From positions 5,394,001 to 5,458,000 of the forward strand of contig NC_042997.1 in assembly GCF_006345805.1 (NCBI RefSeq): a stretch of DNA of 64,000 nt, read 5' to 3'. The notes beneath the pieces were generated by a model. That model was not told the origin of the DNA and made no database searches. It was given only the letters and a program-made list of their open reading frames with translations. The DNA comes from Octopus sinensis. Taxonomy: Eukaryota. A program made the translations under genes and the position numbers. Below, in pieces: positions 1-14,469 of the stretch; positions within the stretch are counted from its first letter, which is position 1, and each line of letters starts with the position of its first letter.

Positions 1-19
1 CCGATGTTGTAGCTGCTGA

Positions 20-20
<1 letters not shown>

Positions 21-59
<39 letters not shown>

Positions 60-100
60 ATTATTATTATTATTATTATTATCATTATTATTATTATTAT
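21..100. repeat. (ATT)n microsatellite
   Basis: Direct reading of ttattatta... run. Confidence 0.97.
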
Positions 101-101
101 T

Positions 102-160
102 CCCTGGAATTGCACTCGGAATCAGTAACCCGTGCTCTTAACCACTACGCCACATACTCT
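102..160 (-). mobile_element. tRNA-derived SINE head fragment
   Basis: Reverse complement reads tggcgtagtggttaagagc (A-box-like) ... gagtgcaattcc (B-box-like); no complete cloverleaf. Confidence 0.55.
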
Positions 161-189
161 TAGACAATTATAGAGCGTATTTTAAGGGC

Positions 190-869
190 TTATAAATCTA
201 ATATTTTCCTATCCTTCCTTAATACTGGTTCCCATATACTATTCATATTTGCACTCGGTCTGCTTAGGAGGTTGTTGTGTCCTAACATATGTGCTTCTTC
301 TTTAAGTTTTCCTCTATTTGAGTGATATTCTATGTATATTATTTTAACTTGACCCCACAGGGGAAGGTGATCTCCATTTTTCCATACATGACCATCTATA
401 CCCGATTTATCAACGTCTCGTGTCACAGATTTGCGATGTTCCTCTACACTTATCTTGAGGGGCGGCATGTTTCGCCTTTGTGTAACCTATCACAGCTGCA
501 TGGGATGGAGGACAAGCAGATTTTGGTCATATCCTCTTCTATTCATGGTTTTACCCGAATTAGATATTTGAGAAGTGTTGTATTACTCTTGAATACTGTC
601 CAGATGTCATATGGGCTGCATGTCTTTTGTATCTTTTCGGAGAGGCCTTTCACATAGGGTAGACAGACTGTAAACAGTTTATTAGTTTCATCTTTTCTTT
701 TCTTCATAATTGGAGTAGATAGTATGTTTCGTGGGTAGTTGTTGCTTAATAGATAGTTACTGTGATTGATCATTTCTTCGTGGTGGCTATCATGATCACT
801 GATATGTATATTATTTGCACGATGTTTTAGGCACTGAACAATCTCTCTGTTTACACTGTATGGATCCAT
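190..869 (-). mobile_element. Penelope-like element fragment: RT-EN linker plus GIY-YIG endonuclease, frameshifted
   Basis: Minus-strand translation gives CLPYVKGLSEKIQKTCSPYDIWTVFKSNTTL, then SIPCSCDRLHKGETCRPLKISVEEHRKSV...SGIDGHVWKNGDHLPLWGQVKII, typical of the Penelope linker and GIY-YIG domain. Confidence 0.85.
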
Positions 870-884
870 ACTCCTCTTCCTCCT

Positions 885-1047
885 CCTCTAACTACTACTA
901 CTGCTACTACTACTGCTACTACTACTACTAACAACAGCAAGAAGAAGAAGAAGAAGAAGAAGAAGAAGAAGAAGAAGAAGAAGAAGAAGAAGAAGAAGAA
1001 GAAGAAGAAGAAGAAGAAGAAGAAGAAGAAGAAGAAGAAGAAGAAGA
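885..1047. repeat. Compound (CTA)n/(GAA)n microsatellite
   Basis: ctacta run followed by ~36 GAA units (approx. 940-1047). Confidence 0.97.
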
Positions 1048-2799
1048 CCGGAAAAACTATCGCATTTCGTATGATATGATTAAATATTCATCGATTATCG
1101 AGTACTTAGATCTGTGTGGATTTGTGAGGAATGTAAGGTGTTTCCTGGAGAGAAATATGGTGATGTGGAAATGTGAACTAACATCTTACGGTAAAAGTTT
1201 GGACATCTAGGATATCAGAAGAAATATTATCTATGGTGATAGCTTATCCTCGTTGATTTTTGTTCTTTGCATGATAACCCTGATCTTGATAATGGACCTG
1301 GGGTACCAACTAAATGAACATTCCCAACCAATCAGCCTCCTCATCTGCATGGATGGTTTGAAACTGAATGGTAAGAATGAGACACAAGTGAGTCCCTTGG
1401 CGACCACGGTCCACTGATTTAGTACCGATATTGTGGGGGAAAATCTACCTAAAAAGGGGCAATGTACAAACCCCAGCAGTGATAGAATTACCGAATACAG
1501 GCTGGATTAAATAAATTGAAATAGAAGGCTACAAATATTTTGGTGTACTATCGATAGTTCAATGCGAAAATGGAAAAGTTTAAGAGCAAATGCGTGTGAA
1601 CTATTTCCAAAGATTAAGGTTGGTGTTGCTCTCAAGACTGGCTAAACGGAATACAATCCAAGTAGTTAATACGTGGACGATATCATTACTTCGGTACGGA
1701 CTGGGTATTATAAAATGGCAAAAGAGAGAAGTTATGACGTTGAATACAAAGACCATGAAAATGTTGACAGTACACGGAGCATTCCACCTTAAGAATAACA
1801 CCGATAGGTTGTACTTGTCCAGAAGAAAGAGTGGGAGACGTTTGCTCAATTGTGTGGAAGCATGGGGAAAATAGTCAAGAGTGATAGATAAAGAATGCTG
1901 TACATCCATTGTTGAAACATGGAAAGATGGCCGGCGTCATCAAAACGGAAAATTATATAATGATAGAAAAATTTAAAGAAATGAACACCAAAAGGAATAT
2001 GCATGGAAAGAAAAAATGTACGGTACGTTTCCAAAAGATGATATAGAATACCGTACCGGTGGCTTTAGAAGAGTAGGAGTGACCTGAAGATAGAGATATA
2101 AGCACTCATATGCGCAGCACAAGTGGAATATTTAACGATCAACTATGTTAACTGCAAAATCGACAAAAGTAACGACACCGACAAATAGAGAATGTGTGGT
2201 GAGAGCTGTCTATTGGTATGGCACATTGTTAGCGAATGTCCGAACTAAGCACAACATAAATGCAAAATAACGCCGTAGCAATGTGGTAAGAATGATCCAC
2301 TGGGAGCATTGCGGAAATCACGGCCTACAAATGGCAAAGAAGTGACCTGAGAAAAACTCAGAAGGAATTAAGGAGAATGAGAATTGTAAAATCCTGCGGT
2401 ATGCAATGATCCAGTGCGATCGGCTGCCCAAACATCGGAAGCCGGACATTGCTGTGGTGAATAAAATAGAGAGAACAAGTATGGCAATCGACATAGCATG
2501 ACCCGGTGACATCAGGATAAATGTGAAAGAAGAACAAAATAAACAACTTTGACGATTTAACGTGGGGAATGCGAAGGTTGTGGTCAATGGGTAGGGTAGA
2601 CGTAATACCAATAGTAAATGGTGCACTTGGAAGTATCGACACTCAGCTACCAAGATGTTTAAAAAAGATTGGTGCAAGTGAGTAGGTGGAACACCTACAA
2701 AATCAGCATTGTTTGAAACGACAAGAATTATGCGCTGTGTTCTTGAACTATGAGAAGTAATCAAGTGTCATCTCTAATTGCTGGCTGTGGACCACTGCC
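1048..2799 (+). mobile_element. 5'-truncated, degenerate R4/Dong-like non-LTR retrotransposon (RT, CCHC knuckle, REL endonuclease)
   Basis: Broken frames give GDSLSSLIF, ICMDGLKL (degenerate YMDD), HGAFHLKNNTDRLYLSRRKSGRRL, EALICAAQ, a RMCGE...HIVSECP knuckle, RKPDIAVV...IDIA and IPIVNGALG; ends in an (AAT)n tail. Confidence 0.88.
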
Positions 2800-2932
<133 letters not shown>

Positions 2933-3399
2933 AAGACTGGAATATCTACAGTTTCATGTGAGTATTTTGAATTTCCCACGAAATAAATTAAGGAACTTAC
3001 ATATCTACAACTCTTAAGCAAATAAGCAATCAGCTTTAAATATTTACTATCTACACCTTCTGTGAATGCCTATCATTTTTATTTTACCGCTGAGTATTCG
3101 AAAATGTAAACATCCTCATAATCCAAGAACGCTACAGTTTTCTCTGTTCGGACAGACAAAAGATTATCTGCAGTAAATTTTAAAAACTTCATATCTACAA
3201 TTTTCTGTGAAAAATGTTACCTTCCTTTTCTGTTGGTTCATTTCCCCTTGAATATTCGAAAACGTAAACATCATTTTTATTGTAAAAAATCACCACAAAG
3301 GAACAACTCAAAAAAAAATTATAAGAAACTTTAATAGCTCGAAATTTGTGTGAACACTTAGTTTTCCCTTCTTCCCAGATTTACAGAATATATAAACAT

Positions 3400-3785
3400 G
3401 CCTTTCATTCAAACAACACAATTAAATGCACGACATCCCCATCAAATCATCTGCCAAGTGTAAACATAACAGGTCGGATTTTACTGTTTGGGACAGACAA
3501 GGAAACGTATGTTCCGTCATAGAGGTCAGTTGTCCTGCTGATGTGAATATCTCTTTGAAAAACAGAGAAATAGGATAACAACTGCTTCAAAATCTCCAGC
3601 TTCTTTATCCAGGTTATAAATTCAAATTTAGGCAATTGGTTTGTGAGTAAATGCTTAAGTGAGAACATTTTAAGCTGGGGTTTTCATTTAAGAAATCCCT
3701 CCAAATAACTCAGCCAACACAAATACTGTATATAAGCGGAACCGTAAATATATGCAAGACTTTTCTCAAGTCTAAAGTGTGACAT
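3400..3785 (+). mobile_element. 3' fragment of a second REL-type non-LTR family (endonuclease end)
   Basis: Frames give KCKHNRSDFTVWDRQGNVCSVIEVSCPADVNISLK, LQNLQLLYPGYKFKF and SGTVNICKTFLKSKV*. Confidence 0.75.
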
Positions 3786-5024
3786 CTACCGACCAATTAT
3801 GGAGCTTTGTATTTTGTTCGAAACCAGATCCTTCTCCAGAGGAATGATGGGAAGAATTACAAAGAGAAGAGAACATACATCAGTTATACATATATGCATA
3901 TTTGCACACATAGAGGCACTTATGTATATTTAAGATTGTAGTGGAAAAAGAATGAATCTTTGTGTTATAATATCTCTTTCACCACATCATTATCTTTCTC
4001 TGTATCTCTCTTTTGCTCCGTGTTTGTATGTGTGTGAGTCTGTGTATTAAAAGTGCGATGAAAGAATAGGAAACCGTGTGAAAAAGATTAGTTTGAAAAA
4101 TTATTTAATTTATATATTAGTTTTCAATTATAGTGTAGCTATATTAGATTACGAAAAACATCTATTTCGAAATTAAGGAACCTAACTAAAGATCAAAAGG
4201 CAATATCTCAAAAAATACGGGATATCTTTGATTGAAATCTGATTATAAATACTCTATTAGAGCTGACTTGTGACTATACAGCTAGTACAACCATCACAAC
4301 TGCAGAAGAAGAAACTGGAATAAGAGCAACACTATTCCAATCAACAATAACGACAAGATAATCTGAAAACATTAAGTGATTAGCTTCTCTCTGTCATGAA
4401 TACTCGATCACTTATGTCTATGATTCATTGATTGATAATCATTTTCCATTTTATCAACTATTTAAAAATTTTAAAAATTTGTGTTTATGACCCATATGTT
4501 GAGAATACCTGTTTCATATCAACTCAAACTTCTGTTAAATATTCACAAGTATTTGTTTTGGTGTAACGTTCTTTATAAACATTATGTCTCCAACTTTAAA
4601 AATCTTATAAACGTTATTTACTTTATCATCACGAGACAGTTGTTCTAAAATTGATTATTATAGAATATATGACTTTCATAATTAATAAAGCAGACTTTTT
4701 ATAATATTTCCTTAAGCTGTGGAAAAATACGTCGAACCTTTATTAATTATTCAAAAGGAAAACAAATCAGAAAAAAAATAAAGTTAAGTGCCACGTGACT
4801 ATATTGCTACTTACTAACAACTCTCTAACAGAATGTACTTGTCTTTAAAAATATGACATTCAAGTGAGTTGACACAAGAGTCTTTTATAGTGTTAATTCA
4901 TATAGGAAATGCACATCCTACTGTATCGAAGATATGAGTCAAAGAAAACCAGCTAATAATCAACTGCAACAATAGAGAAGCGTATTGTTGTTGCCTTCAT
5001 TGTCATCATAGCCATCAAGTTCAT

Positions 5025-5215
5025 ATGCAGGCAGAATCGTTAGCACACCGGATAAAATGCTTAGCGGCATTTCATTCGTGTTTACTTCTCTGAGTTTTAA
5101 TTCTACTAAGGTCGATTATGTATTTCGTCGTTTCGAAGTCGCCTGGGGTCAATGTAATCGACTTGCCCCTTCTCCAACATTTCAGGCTTTATACCTATAG
5201 TAAAAATTATTAATA
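5025..5215 (+). mobile_element. SINE family B, tail variant 3
   Basis: gcagaatcgttagcacaccgg head, aggtcga...ctggggtcaatgtaatcgact body shared with 45422-45651; tail ttcaggctttatacctatag. Confidence 0.75.
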
Positions 5216-5983
5216 TCATAGTCGTTATTGTTCTTGTTTAGCTCGCATCGTTCCTCAACATGCAGGTATGTGGTTACAATATAATCAGATTGTTTTTTAT
5301 TTCTCTCTAAAATATTTTTCTTTGTTTTTTTTCTATTTTAGACAGTAAATGGGGTTAAAAATGATTTAGCTGCTATTTCTAAAAAGTTTTGGTTACATTT
5401 TAAGTAGAAGGAATGTTAGGTTAATTTCACTCATTTAAATACAGCATTTCCTTTTTGTGACCAAACAAAGAAAAGAAAAAAAAACATTACAAAAGGAAAA
5501 AAGACATTTTTCTGATGGCCATGGCTGGAAAGTATTTCAACGTAGTTCGGTTGAAGTGATTCTGACTTGGATCAAAATTTAAACTAAGTAAACTATTGAA
5601 GAAGCTCATTTAGCTGTGACGCTGAATAAATATTGTATATATGTATAATGATATATCTTGTACACATTTCTTCTGTGTGATGTCACAGTTATAAATCCGT
5701 TTGGCAATTAACTTAAGTTAAATTTACTGAATGTCAAATGTCATATTTATATGTTTGAGGAATTGATCACTCAGAGAGAGATATTGTGCTAAATTATGTA
5801 AGAGCTATTTTTTTTCTACATTTAAAAAGCAATATAAGAATATATCAAATCAAAAATTAGCAGGAGAGCTAAGTGAAATATATGTTCCGCTTATGGACTG
5901 ATGTTTAGAGATATTTTCGACAATACATCCAAAATTAAAACGGAATATTAAAGATGTTTCTGTGTGTGTATATATATATATAC

Positions 5984-6146
5984 AGGAGTGGCTGTGTGGT
6001 AAGTAGCTTGCTAACCAACCACATGGTTCCGGGTTCATTCCCACTGCGTGGCATCTTGGGCAAGTATCTTCTGCTATAGCCCCGGGCCGACCAACGCTTT
6101 GTGAGTGGATTTGGTAGACGGAAACTGAAAGAAGCCTGTCGTATAC

Positions 6147-6178
<32 letters not shown>

Positions 6179-6358
6179 ATGTGTTTGTGTGTCTGTGTTT
6201 GTCTCCCTAGCATTGCTTGACATTGTTTACGCCCCGACACTTAGCGGTTCGGCAAAAGAGACCGATAGAATAGGTCCCGGGGTCGATTTGCTCGATTAAA
6301 GGCGGTGCTCCAGCATGGCCGCAGTCAAATGACTGAAACAAATAAAAAAGTAAAAGAG
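5984..6358 (+). mobile_element. SINE family A with internal (TA)n(TG)n microsatellite
   Basis: ggctgtgtggtaag A-box, ggttcattccc B-box, cttgggcaagt CORE-like segment and catggccgcagtcaaatgactgaaaca tail; homologous to 40736-41146. Confidence 0.9.
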
Positions 6359-7229
6359 AGAGTAATCCCCACCCCAAAAGAGAACAGAGAATATAACACA
6401 AGAAAGAACAAGAATGCGATGATCTGATACATGCAAACTATTCATAAGACACTCAGGTAAGGAAAAAAAGGCTATTTTACATTTTGACCAAAGCTCTTCT
6501 TCAGAAAAAGGAGACCGAGTAAAGTCCAAAAGAAAAGGAGGATGGAGGAAAAAGATCACCAATAATTCACACGTGACCAATAATATGCATCTGCTAAAAA
6601 CAATGATTAGTAAAGACGTTACATGGACGCTATCTCTTCGTTCGCAATCCTTAGCAGCACAATTGAGAGGTGTGTTGAGCGCAGCTATATCGTGAAGAGA
6701 GATGGTTTTGTTTTGTTATGTTTTTTCCAATTCTTAAATTAATGTGAAGAACCGTAACAAAGTGTATCATTTCATTGACATTTTAACAACCAAAATTGTG
6801 ATCAACTGAGGGGTGGGAAAGAATGTAAAGGCTGGGAAGACAAACACAATTTATTATCAGTGTTTTCGTTTTTAGGTTGGATTAGGAGGTTCCTGTTATA
6901 TAAATCACCTGGATTGTTCAGAAAGTAAATGTTTAATATAATTCTTGGTGTGAGGAAGCTAGAATAGAGGCTATGATTTGCAGAAATGTATCATTTGCAT
7001 GCGTTACTTTTGCATTGTTCTACCTTTAAAATATGTTAGTAATTGATCTCATTCACGTATCATTAATAGCAAAATATATTCACTTCTCAGCTGTATATTC
7101 AATTCTATAGAAACATTAGATATTTCATCCTATGCAAAGGATAGAATTACGCATAGTTAATGGGCTTTTTGCGTGACATCTTTATACACAGGAAATATAG
7201 TAAATAGCAGGCATTCAAATACACACAAG

Positions 7230-7464
7230 CACACACACGACGAAAAATATACACACAAACACATATAGATAGATAGGTAGATATTTATAACTATATACAT
7301 ATAAACATATATATATTCATATATATATATATGCATGTATACATATTTGCACGCTGGTGTATAATAACGGGAATGCATGTATAAATATATATGTATATGC
7401 ATATGTATAAAGCTTTACATTGCCATCTCTCCTTGCACACACACATAAGCAAAAGAAACACATG

Positions 7465-7505
<41 letters not shown>

Positions 7506-7711
7506 TACACACGCATAATATATCGAATTGTGAGAATGAGTGCTTAACCCACATGTGTGCGTATATCCGTGTGTGTGTGTGCGTGTGTATATGTGCGTGC
7601 ATTTGTACGTATTTATAATGATATATGTTCATGTAAGTATGATATATACACACTACACACACGTTTGAATAGATGTTTGTATATATATAAATGTGTATAT
7701 ATAAATACATG

Positions 7712-7757
<46 letters not shown>

Positions 7758-7845
7758 AATATATATGTATGTATATGTGTGTGTGTGTGTTTTAATGTAT
7801 GTATGTATTCGTATATGAGATTACGTATACATATTTGTGCGTAGA
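7230..7845. repeat. Compound (TA)/(CA)/(TG) microsatellite field
   Basis: Direct reading. Confidence 0.9.
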
Positions 7846-8703
7846 AGCATTTGTGTTTGTTTTGTAGTCTGGATCAAGATCTGTTTTGTCAAATAATTAA
7901 TGACATTTGAAACATAAGTATTAAATATATTGTTTATTAATTTCTTATTATCGCTCTGATTATTTTAGTTTCTATGTAGCAGGTGTCTTTCTTTTCATTA
8001 TTGTCATGTACGATAGCTTTGTATATCACATCTGGTTGGGTATAAGGTTATATGGTATAATAAGTTGACAATAATGGTGTTATAGCAAACCATAACAAAT
8101 GTAAAATATCAAATTATTAATTAGAAGCAATGATTGTATGTTCTCGTTAACACGCGAATTACAAATGAAGTTAATGTATTTAGTTGTAAAAGGAATTTGT
8201 TCAGCCTCGAATGGCTTTAGTTGGAAAAATGGCACTTGTATTTCTTTGGTTACACCTGCCACACTTTTATCGGTCCCTTGTGATGAACCGCTAAGTTATA
8301 GGAGTCTATATGCATAATATGGAAACACATACATAAATATGGCGTAGTTACGTAAACACATACAGCCACATGTATCCGAATTCATGAAATATGTGTCTGT
8401 ATATATGTGTGTGAGTGTGAAAGAGAGAGAGTGTGTGTGTTTGTGTGTGTGTGTGTGTGTGAGTGTGCTTGTGTGCGCGCATGCAGTGTGTGTGTGTGAG
8501 CACAAAACTATATGCAGGAATGTATCTACATGATATTAATAGAGAAAGAACTTTTAAATACCTCGAATGAATTCATAAATACGCTTAGTTTCGTTGAATA
8601 ATTTTTGTAAGTAATAGGCAATTTTTTTCCTGATTTGTGCTAAAAAACCTTGAGGATGTTGCTTTCAATTTCTCTTCCTTAAAGGACTTATATAACCAAA
8701 AAC

Positions 8704-9001
8704 ATCATCATCATCATATGACCGACCAGGCTATCAGATGTTGCTACATATCGCTGGTCACAATGTACTTCGCATTGTTTTAGCCTTCAAATGGCTCCAC
8801 CCAGCTGGCTAAGTGAGCAGGCCAACAGAAGAAAGAGTGAGAGAAAGTTGTGGCGAAAGAATACAGCAGGGACCGCCACCACCCCCTGTCAGAGCCTCGT
8901 GGAGCTTTAGGTGTTTTCGCTCTATAAACACTCACAAAGCCCGGTCTGGGAATCGTAACCGCGAGTCTGCTGCCCTAACCACTGGGCCATTGTGCCTCCA
9001 C
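8704..9001 (-). mobile_element. tRNA-derived SINE family E with (GAT)n tail
   Basis: Reverse complement starts gtggaggcacaatggcccagtggttagggcagc (A box) ... ggttacgattccc (B box) and ends in gatgatgatg. Confidence 0.8.
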
Positions 9002-9679
9002 ATAACCAAAAGCATACTAAGACGAATTAATTTAAACGCGGCATTCTATCGAAGTAATAATGCTTATCAATTCTACTTAGGGGTGACATGAGATAACAGA
9101 TCGTTAAAACATTTAACTAAAAGTTTAACAGTATTTAACTTTCAATGACTTTAATAAAATTAATTATTCGCTAAAGTAACAAAAGGACATCTCCCGTTAA
9201 CCTATTTTTATCGTATATTCACTAATATTTTTCTGATCATTTCGTTGTACATTATACTTCCTCCCATTCTAAAGATATTTAGAAATACTTAAAGATTTGG
9301 AAGATTATTTGTCCTATTAATTCTGTATCAGTGTAATATAATGCTCTTAGTATTGTATTATTTATGGTAATATTTTTGCTTGGAAGAAACTCAGTTTTTT
9401 TGGTTTTTTTTAATACTGTTGTATATCTTGCAATATTTTATCAAGAGTACAGTTCTCTGTATATGTTGTGAGATAAACCTTCTATAAGAGTGTTTGAAAT
9501 ATATTTACTGTTGCTTAGTTGCATTTGGTGTTATCTGCAACGATACACCATTTTTCTGTTGTTTGTTTGATTTGTTACGTCTTCCTTTTACACACCAACT
9601 GCAATAATACAAGAAGAAAAATGATGCTAAACTCAAGAATTGATTTTCGAATCTCATGTCCAACGTCAAGTCAGGTATA

Positions 9680-9689
9680 TGTATATATA

Positions 9690-9732
<43 letters not shown>

Positions 9733-9829
9733 CATATATATATATATATATAATACATATAACTAAAAAAAATATATATATATGTATATATATATACATA
9801 TATATATAAATACATATATATATATATAT

Positions 9830-9884
<55 letters not shown>

Positions 9885-10111
9885 TATATATGTATATATC
9901 TGCATGTGTGTGTATATAAGATTTATTCAGATCTAAACATCGTGATGTTCGTTATATGAACAGTATCGTTATATATCGCAGTGAACGCATATGCTCTCCT
10001 GCACACAGAAGAAATAAGTGTCAGATGTCAAGTCATGATGTGTTAATGCCAAGATGTGATTGTGAAGAGAAAGGTAAAAAAAAACACGAACAAAAAAGTT
10101 CAATCGATACA

Positions 10112-10157
<46 letters not shown>

Positions 10158-10250
10158 TATATATATATACATATATCTACATATATATCTCTATGTGTGT
10201 ATGTGTGTGCATATGTATAGTTGTATACCTATGTATTTATATGTATATAG
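9680..10250. repeat. (TA)n-rich microsatellite blocks
   Basis: Blocks at ~9680-9910 and ~10110-10250. Confidence 0.9.
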
Positions 10251-10751
10251 TAATATTATTCTAAAAGTGATTACAAGTTTTTTCGTAAAGATGCTATCCA
10301 TCACATAAACTAATCTTTGGTCAGGTTTGACGGACACATAAGCTTGCCGAATGTATTACTTTTACATTTCTTTGATTTATAGGTTACAGTGTCATACTAC
10401 CTGCCATTAGCTTAGGGTTTCTTTTCAAACATACGATTGAGTTTATTTTATTTCTTACGCACTAAAGATTATATCTGTTTTGTATTGGAACAAAGTGATT
10501 AATTCAAGACATATTTTCCATAAGATACGTACATATGTCTGAGTATGAAATCGAAAGTAAACAATAAAGTTGTTAAGTGTACATTTAGATATGTTTTAAA
10601 ACATAGAACGTTACGAATTCTTTACTATGTGTGTGGATTTATGAATGTGTGTGCGTGCGTGACTGTGCAACATAGATTCTCACACTCACAAATATGTGTA
10701 TATAAATATGTATGTGTTTGGATACCTTATATATATATATATATATATATA

Positions 10752-10932
10752 GGGAGAATTCTCGAAAAAAAAATACGAAGACAGGTGGTGTAGAAAACTA
10801 ACAGATGTATTAGTATAACGCTCGAGAATTGAAAAAGTATTTTACGTTTCGAACCTAGGCGCTTCCACACAAAGGAACACAGAAAGAAACAAGGAGAGAA
10901 AAAATGTGTGTAGTGGCTACCTATATATCATG
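10752..10932 (-). mobile_element. Short Penelope-terminus-like repeat with a degenerate hammerhead; same family as 63734-63940
   Basis: Shares gacgaag.caggtgg, gtattagtat, ttttacgtttcga.cct and agaaacaaggagagaaa with the 63.7-63.9 kb copy; flanked by (TA)n. Confidence 0.75.
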
Positions 10933-10945
10933 TGTGTATGTATGG

Positions 10946-11008
<63 letters not shown>

Positions 11009-11064
11009 ACCATACATACACACACATAATACATACATACATTCATACATACATGCAAGAATAT

Positions 11065-11780
11065 ACTAGTAGAAAACTCAAAGCTGGAAGAAATATTGGT
11101 CATGAAAACAGTCCAACAACCGGATTATACCTCCCGCTTTGAATGACATGCGATCCAGGAACAGGAAATATCAACCAAATTCCTGATGCACAAGTGTGAC
11201 AAAATCAGTAAAATGTGACAGCCGATACAGACTTTGTGGAGTTAGCACTGAAGATATCACCTATATTGTAAGCAGTTGTCCAGAAATATCATTACGTTAT
11301 TGTCTACCGATGACACGATGTCGTAGGTAGGATATTGCATAACCAAATCCGTTGGAAGGATAAAATAGAGATAACACCCACAATATGATGGAAACCATAG
11401 CCAGTAATAATCAAAAGGAGTGCTAGTGGAATGTCCCAGTGAAAACCTCAACAATATGTAAGCGCAATAGACCTGACATAATGATTTGAGATAGAGAATA
11501 GAAGCTGTGTACATTTGTGGAAATAAGCTGTCCAGCTGATGTTGATCAACGAAAAAAAAAAGACACCTACGCTGAACTATTGAGAAATTTGCAGTTACAC
11601 TATCTAGATTACAAGAACAAGTTTATACCTGTAATTATTAGGGCGCTGGGATATGCAACACACTGCCAAAATAACAATCTTGAGAATTAGGCTTCTCAAA
11701 TGCAGTAAGGAGAAAGAGTACTCCAGAACCAATCTACTACTGGAAAACTAAGAAACTGTAAAGCTTTCCATCAGTGTATC
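11065..11780 (+). mobile_element. 3' fragment of REL-type non-LTR retrotransposon (same family as 3400-3785)
   Basis: AIQEQEISTKFLMHK, RLCGVSTEDITYIVSSCP knuckle, CKRNRPDIMI, VEISCPADV and IPVIIRALG. Confidence 0.82.
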
Positions 11781-11945
11781 ATATATACATACATACATAT
11801 ATAAATACATACACACATACATATGTACATACATACACATACATACATACATACATGCATATATATATACATACATACATACATACATACATACATACAT
11901 ACATACATACATACATACATACATACTTACATACATACATACATA
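11781..11945. repeat. (TACA)n tetranucleotide repeat
   Basis: Direct reading. Confidence 0.95.
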
Positions 11946-11999
11946 CGGGATTCTATGTTCATATGATCTTTGAAGAATCTTAGCACACTCCATTACTGG

Positions 12000-12634
12000 A
12001 ATATTTTCTAGCGCTGAAGTGAATGGTTAGTCTTTGGAAGGTTGCCCAAAGTATGATGTCCTTTCTCCAGGTGAAATCCTCGATGATAGGGAGATCAAGC
12101 GTTTTGAACAACTAAATGTATCTAGCAGGCTACCGTTCACAGTTACTACAGAGCTGGTAATTGTGACTTTTCATTACGATTAAAAATAAAATCTTTTCTT
12201 TAAAGAATACTCTCATATCCTTTTATTCAATCAAATCAAGGCTGTTGTTTCGTGACTAACTGTGTGTGTATCATTCATGGCTGCAGCAATTTAGAATGAA
12301 AGGTCGTTGGTTTGCATTACAGTGGTTCTTGTTGAATGTGGCGGATAGCAGATCATTGGTGCGTAGAAGGTGTAAGTTTCGGGAAACGCGAAGGCTGGGT
12401 TACAGTGGGAAAAATACTGCAAATGTGCGATCATTATACGAAGCCACCGATCCATTAGATCTTAGATTCGCCAGATTCATCTGAAGGAATTACTTTTGAT
12501 TAGGGCAAAGATATTGCTATCACCAAAATTGTCCAAAGATAGAGCCCAGTAATGAATGTCTCGCAATAGCAGTTTGTTGATGGATCTGGCTTTGCACAAA
12601 CAGTACTCATGTACTCATGCTTATTAAAGGAAGT

Positions 12635-12670
<36 letters not shown>

Positions 12671-13170
12671 AAGAAAGAAAGAGAAAATGAGTGTTGGGAA
12701 ACTCCAATGAGAATGGCTAGATTCGTTACTTTAGAGACGTTAGGGATGTGAGCATAGGACGATAATTAGCTTGGTCTGGGTGTTTTGTCGATTTTGCAAT
12801 GGAGTATAATGAGAAGAGCTTCCAAATGTCAGGATATATCATAGTAGAATGTTAGAGATTAAAGTGTTTTCTAACGATAGAAACAAGTTTTGAGATATAA
12901 CTTTTCAATAGATAGGAAAGGACAATACCAGAGTCGTTTACCTTATTTGTTGAAATAGGTGGAAATGTTTTCTGTAGCTGACGAATGTGTAATTTAAGTG
13001 GTGAGCATGCTGGAGTAGAATCAGATTTGATGCGAATTGACCAAGAATGTGTTGTATGGGCCTGGATGCAAAGCAGTGAGCGAAGAGGAGGCTTTCTCCA
13101 TAGGGTTGCTGCTTTATAGATTCATCCTTGTTTAGGAGCGTAGGAAAAGAGGACATCACAAAATTGAGGG
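12000..13170 (-). mobile_element. Degenerate CR1/L2-like (Jockey-group) LINE reverse transcriptase remnant
   Basis: Minus strand gives SSFPTLLN, DQANYRPML, HYWALSLDNFGDS.IFAL (cf. ALDISKAFD region) and accaatgatctg (INDL-like); interrupted by (GA)n at ~12638-12684. Confidence 0.65.
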
Positions 13171-14248
13171 AGATTATTTTGGCAAGAAACCAAAATGATC
13201 GCGTGTAGTTTGTGCGGCGGTACAGTTTAAAAGTTGTTCAATGCACAGAGAGGTTTTTTACACACCATGATTAAAATTAAGTTGAAAATGAAAATAAAAT
13301 GGTTGTTCTTTTTTATGTTAAATCAAAGCTTTGAGGAATAGTCACGGAAATGTTATATAAAGGAAAAATATAAAAGCTTACAGTAAAAGTTAACGCATGT
13401 ACATTTTTCATTGGAATTTGATTTAATTGATGGATATTAAATTGTCGAAATGAAAGGATCGATTGATTTTGAATGAAATAAATGAAATTAAATAGATGTC
13501 GTAATGAGGTATGATTTTTATCTCAATTATAAATAGGAACTAGGTGAAGGACATACATCACCGAGATTCTTGTTGGCTATAGCATGAGGAGGGACATACC
13601 CAATGTGAGGACTTCTGATAGATTATAATTACAACGAAGCGCGAGAAAGTTCATCCTTCATGAACGATTTTAAAATATTTACACATAGATAGATATGTGT
13701 GTGTGAGGGAGAGTGGAGAGGGAGATATAGCCTGTGTGCTTGTGCATTGCTATTCAAGGAAGCCATTAAGAATATATTTGTTTAAAAGACTGTCTAATGC
13801 TTACCGGTAGTACACCAATGGATATTTGCTATATTTCGCCTTTTACAGCAGCATTAATCATACGTCAAATTTTATGTAAATTCAATAGTGAGGCAAATCA
13901 AATGTAAAGAGACTTGATTTAAATCATCATATCATGGATATTGTTAAGTAAAACTGCCATACACACGGACATGCATGCTGGCTGTATAGCTGGCTCATCA
14001 AACACATACTACGGATGTCTCAGCTAATTATATATCATTGTTTGGTTGAAAAGGTCAATAGAAAAACGCAAGTTACGTCGTGCAGTGGATGTTGACTCGA
14101 TTTCATATTGTCCCCATTGTATCTATTGTAATGGTAATTTGTTGGTCATTTAGCAAATGCCAAACAGGAAAGACATCGCATTCCATATAATAACGCATTC
14201 CTCTCCATACAAAATCCCATTCCACTCACAAATACACACAAACACACA

Positions 14249-14290
<42 letters not shown>

Positions 14291-14294
<4 letters not shown>

Positions 14295-14460
14295 CAGAGA
14301 TACCCGGCGTTGTTCGGACTAAAATGGCATAGTGTTTTTTTTTATTGTTTTAGTTGTTTCGGTCATGTAACAATAGACATGCTAGCGCACCCGCTTTAAT
14401 CGAAGAAATCGACACCATAATATATTCGTTGTAAGCCTAGCACTTATTTTTCGGAGTGTT
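14291..14460 (-). mobile_element. Helitron-type non-autonomous element, 3' end
   Basis: Reverse complement ends ccgaacaacgccgggtatctctgCTAG|t (subterminal hairpin plus CTAG); resembles 55922-55950. Confidence 0.6.
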
Positions 14461-14469
14461 TCTTCAAAC

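Noticed and set aside
2940-3290. Degenerate direct repeats (atatctaca..., tattcgaaaa.gtaaacatc)
   Set aside because: Old, irregular local duplications without constant period or spacer structure; not CRISPR-like and not interpretable.
6420-6700. Open stretch resembling a LINE C-terminus (KSKRKGGWRKKIT)
   Set aside because: Similarity too weak to assign to any clade.
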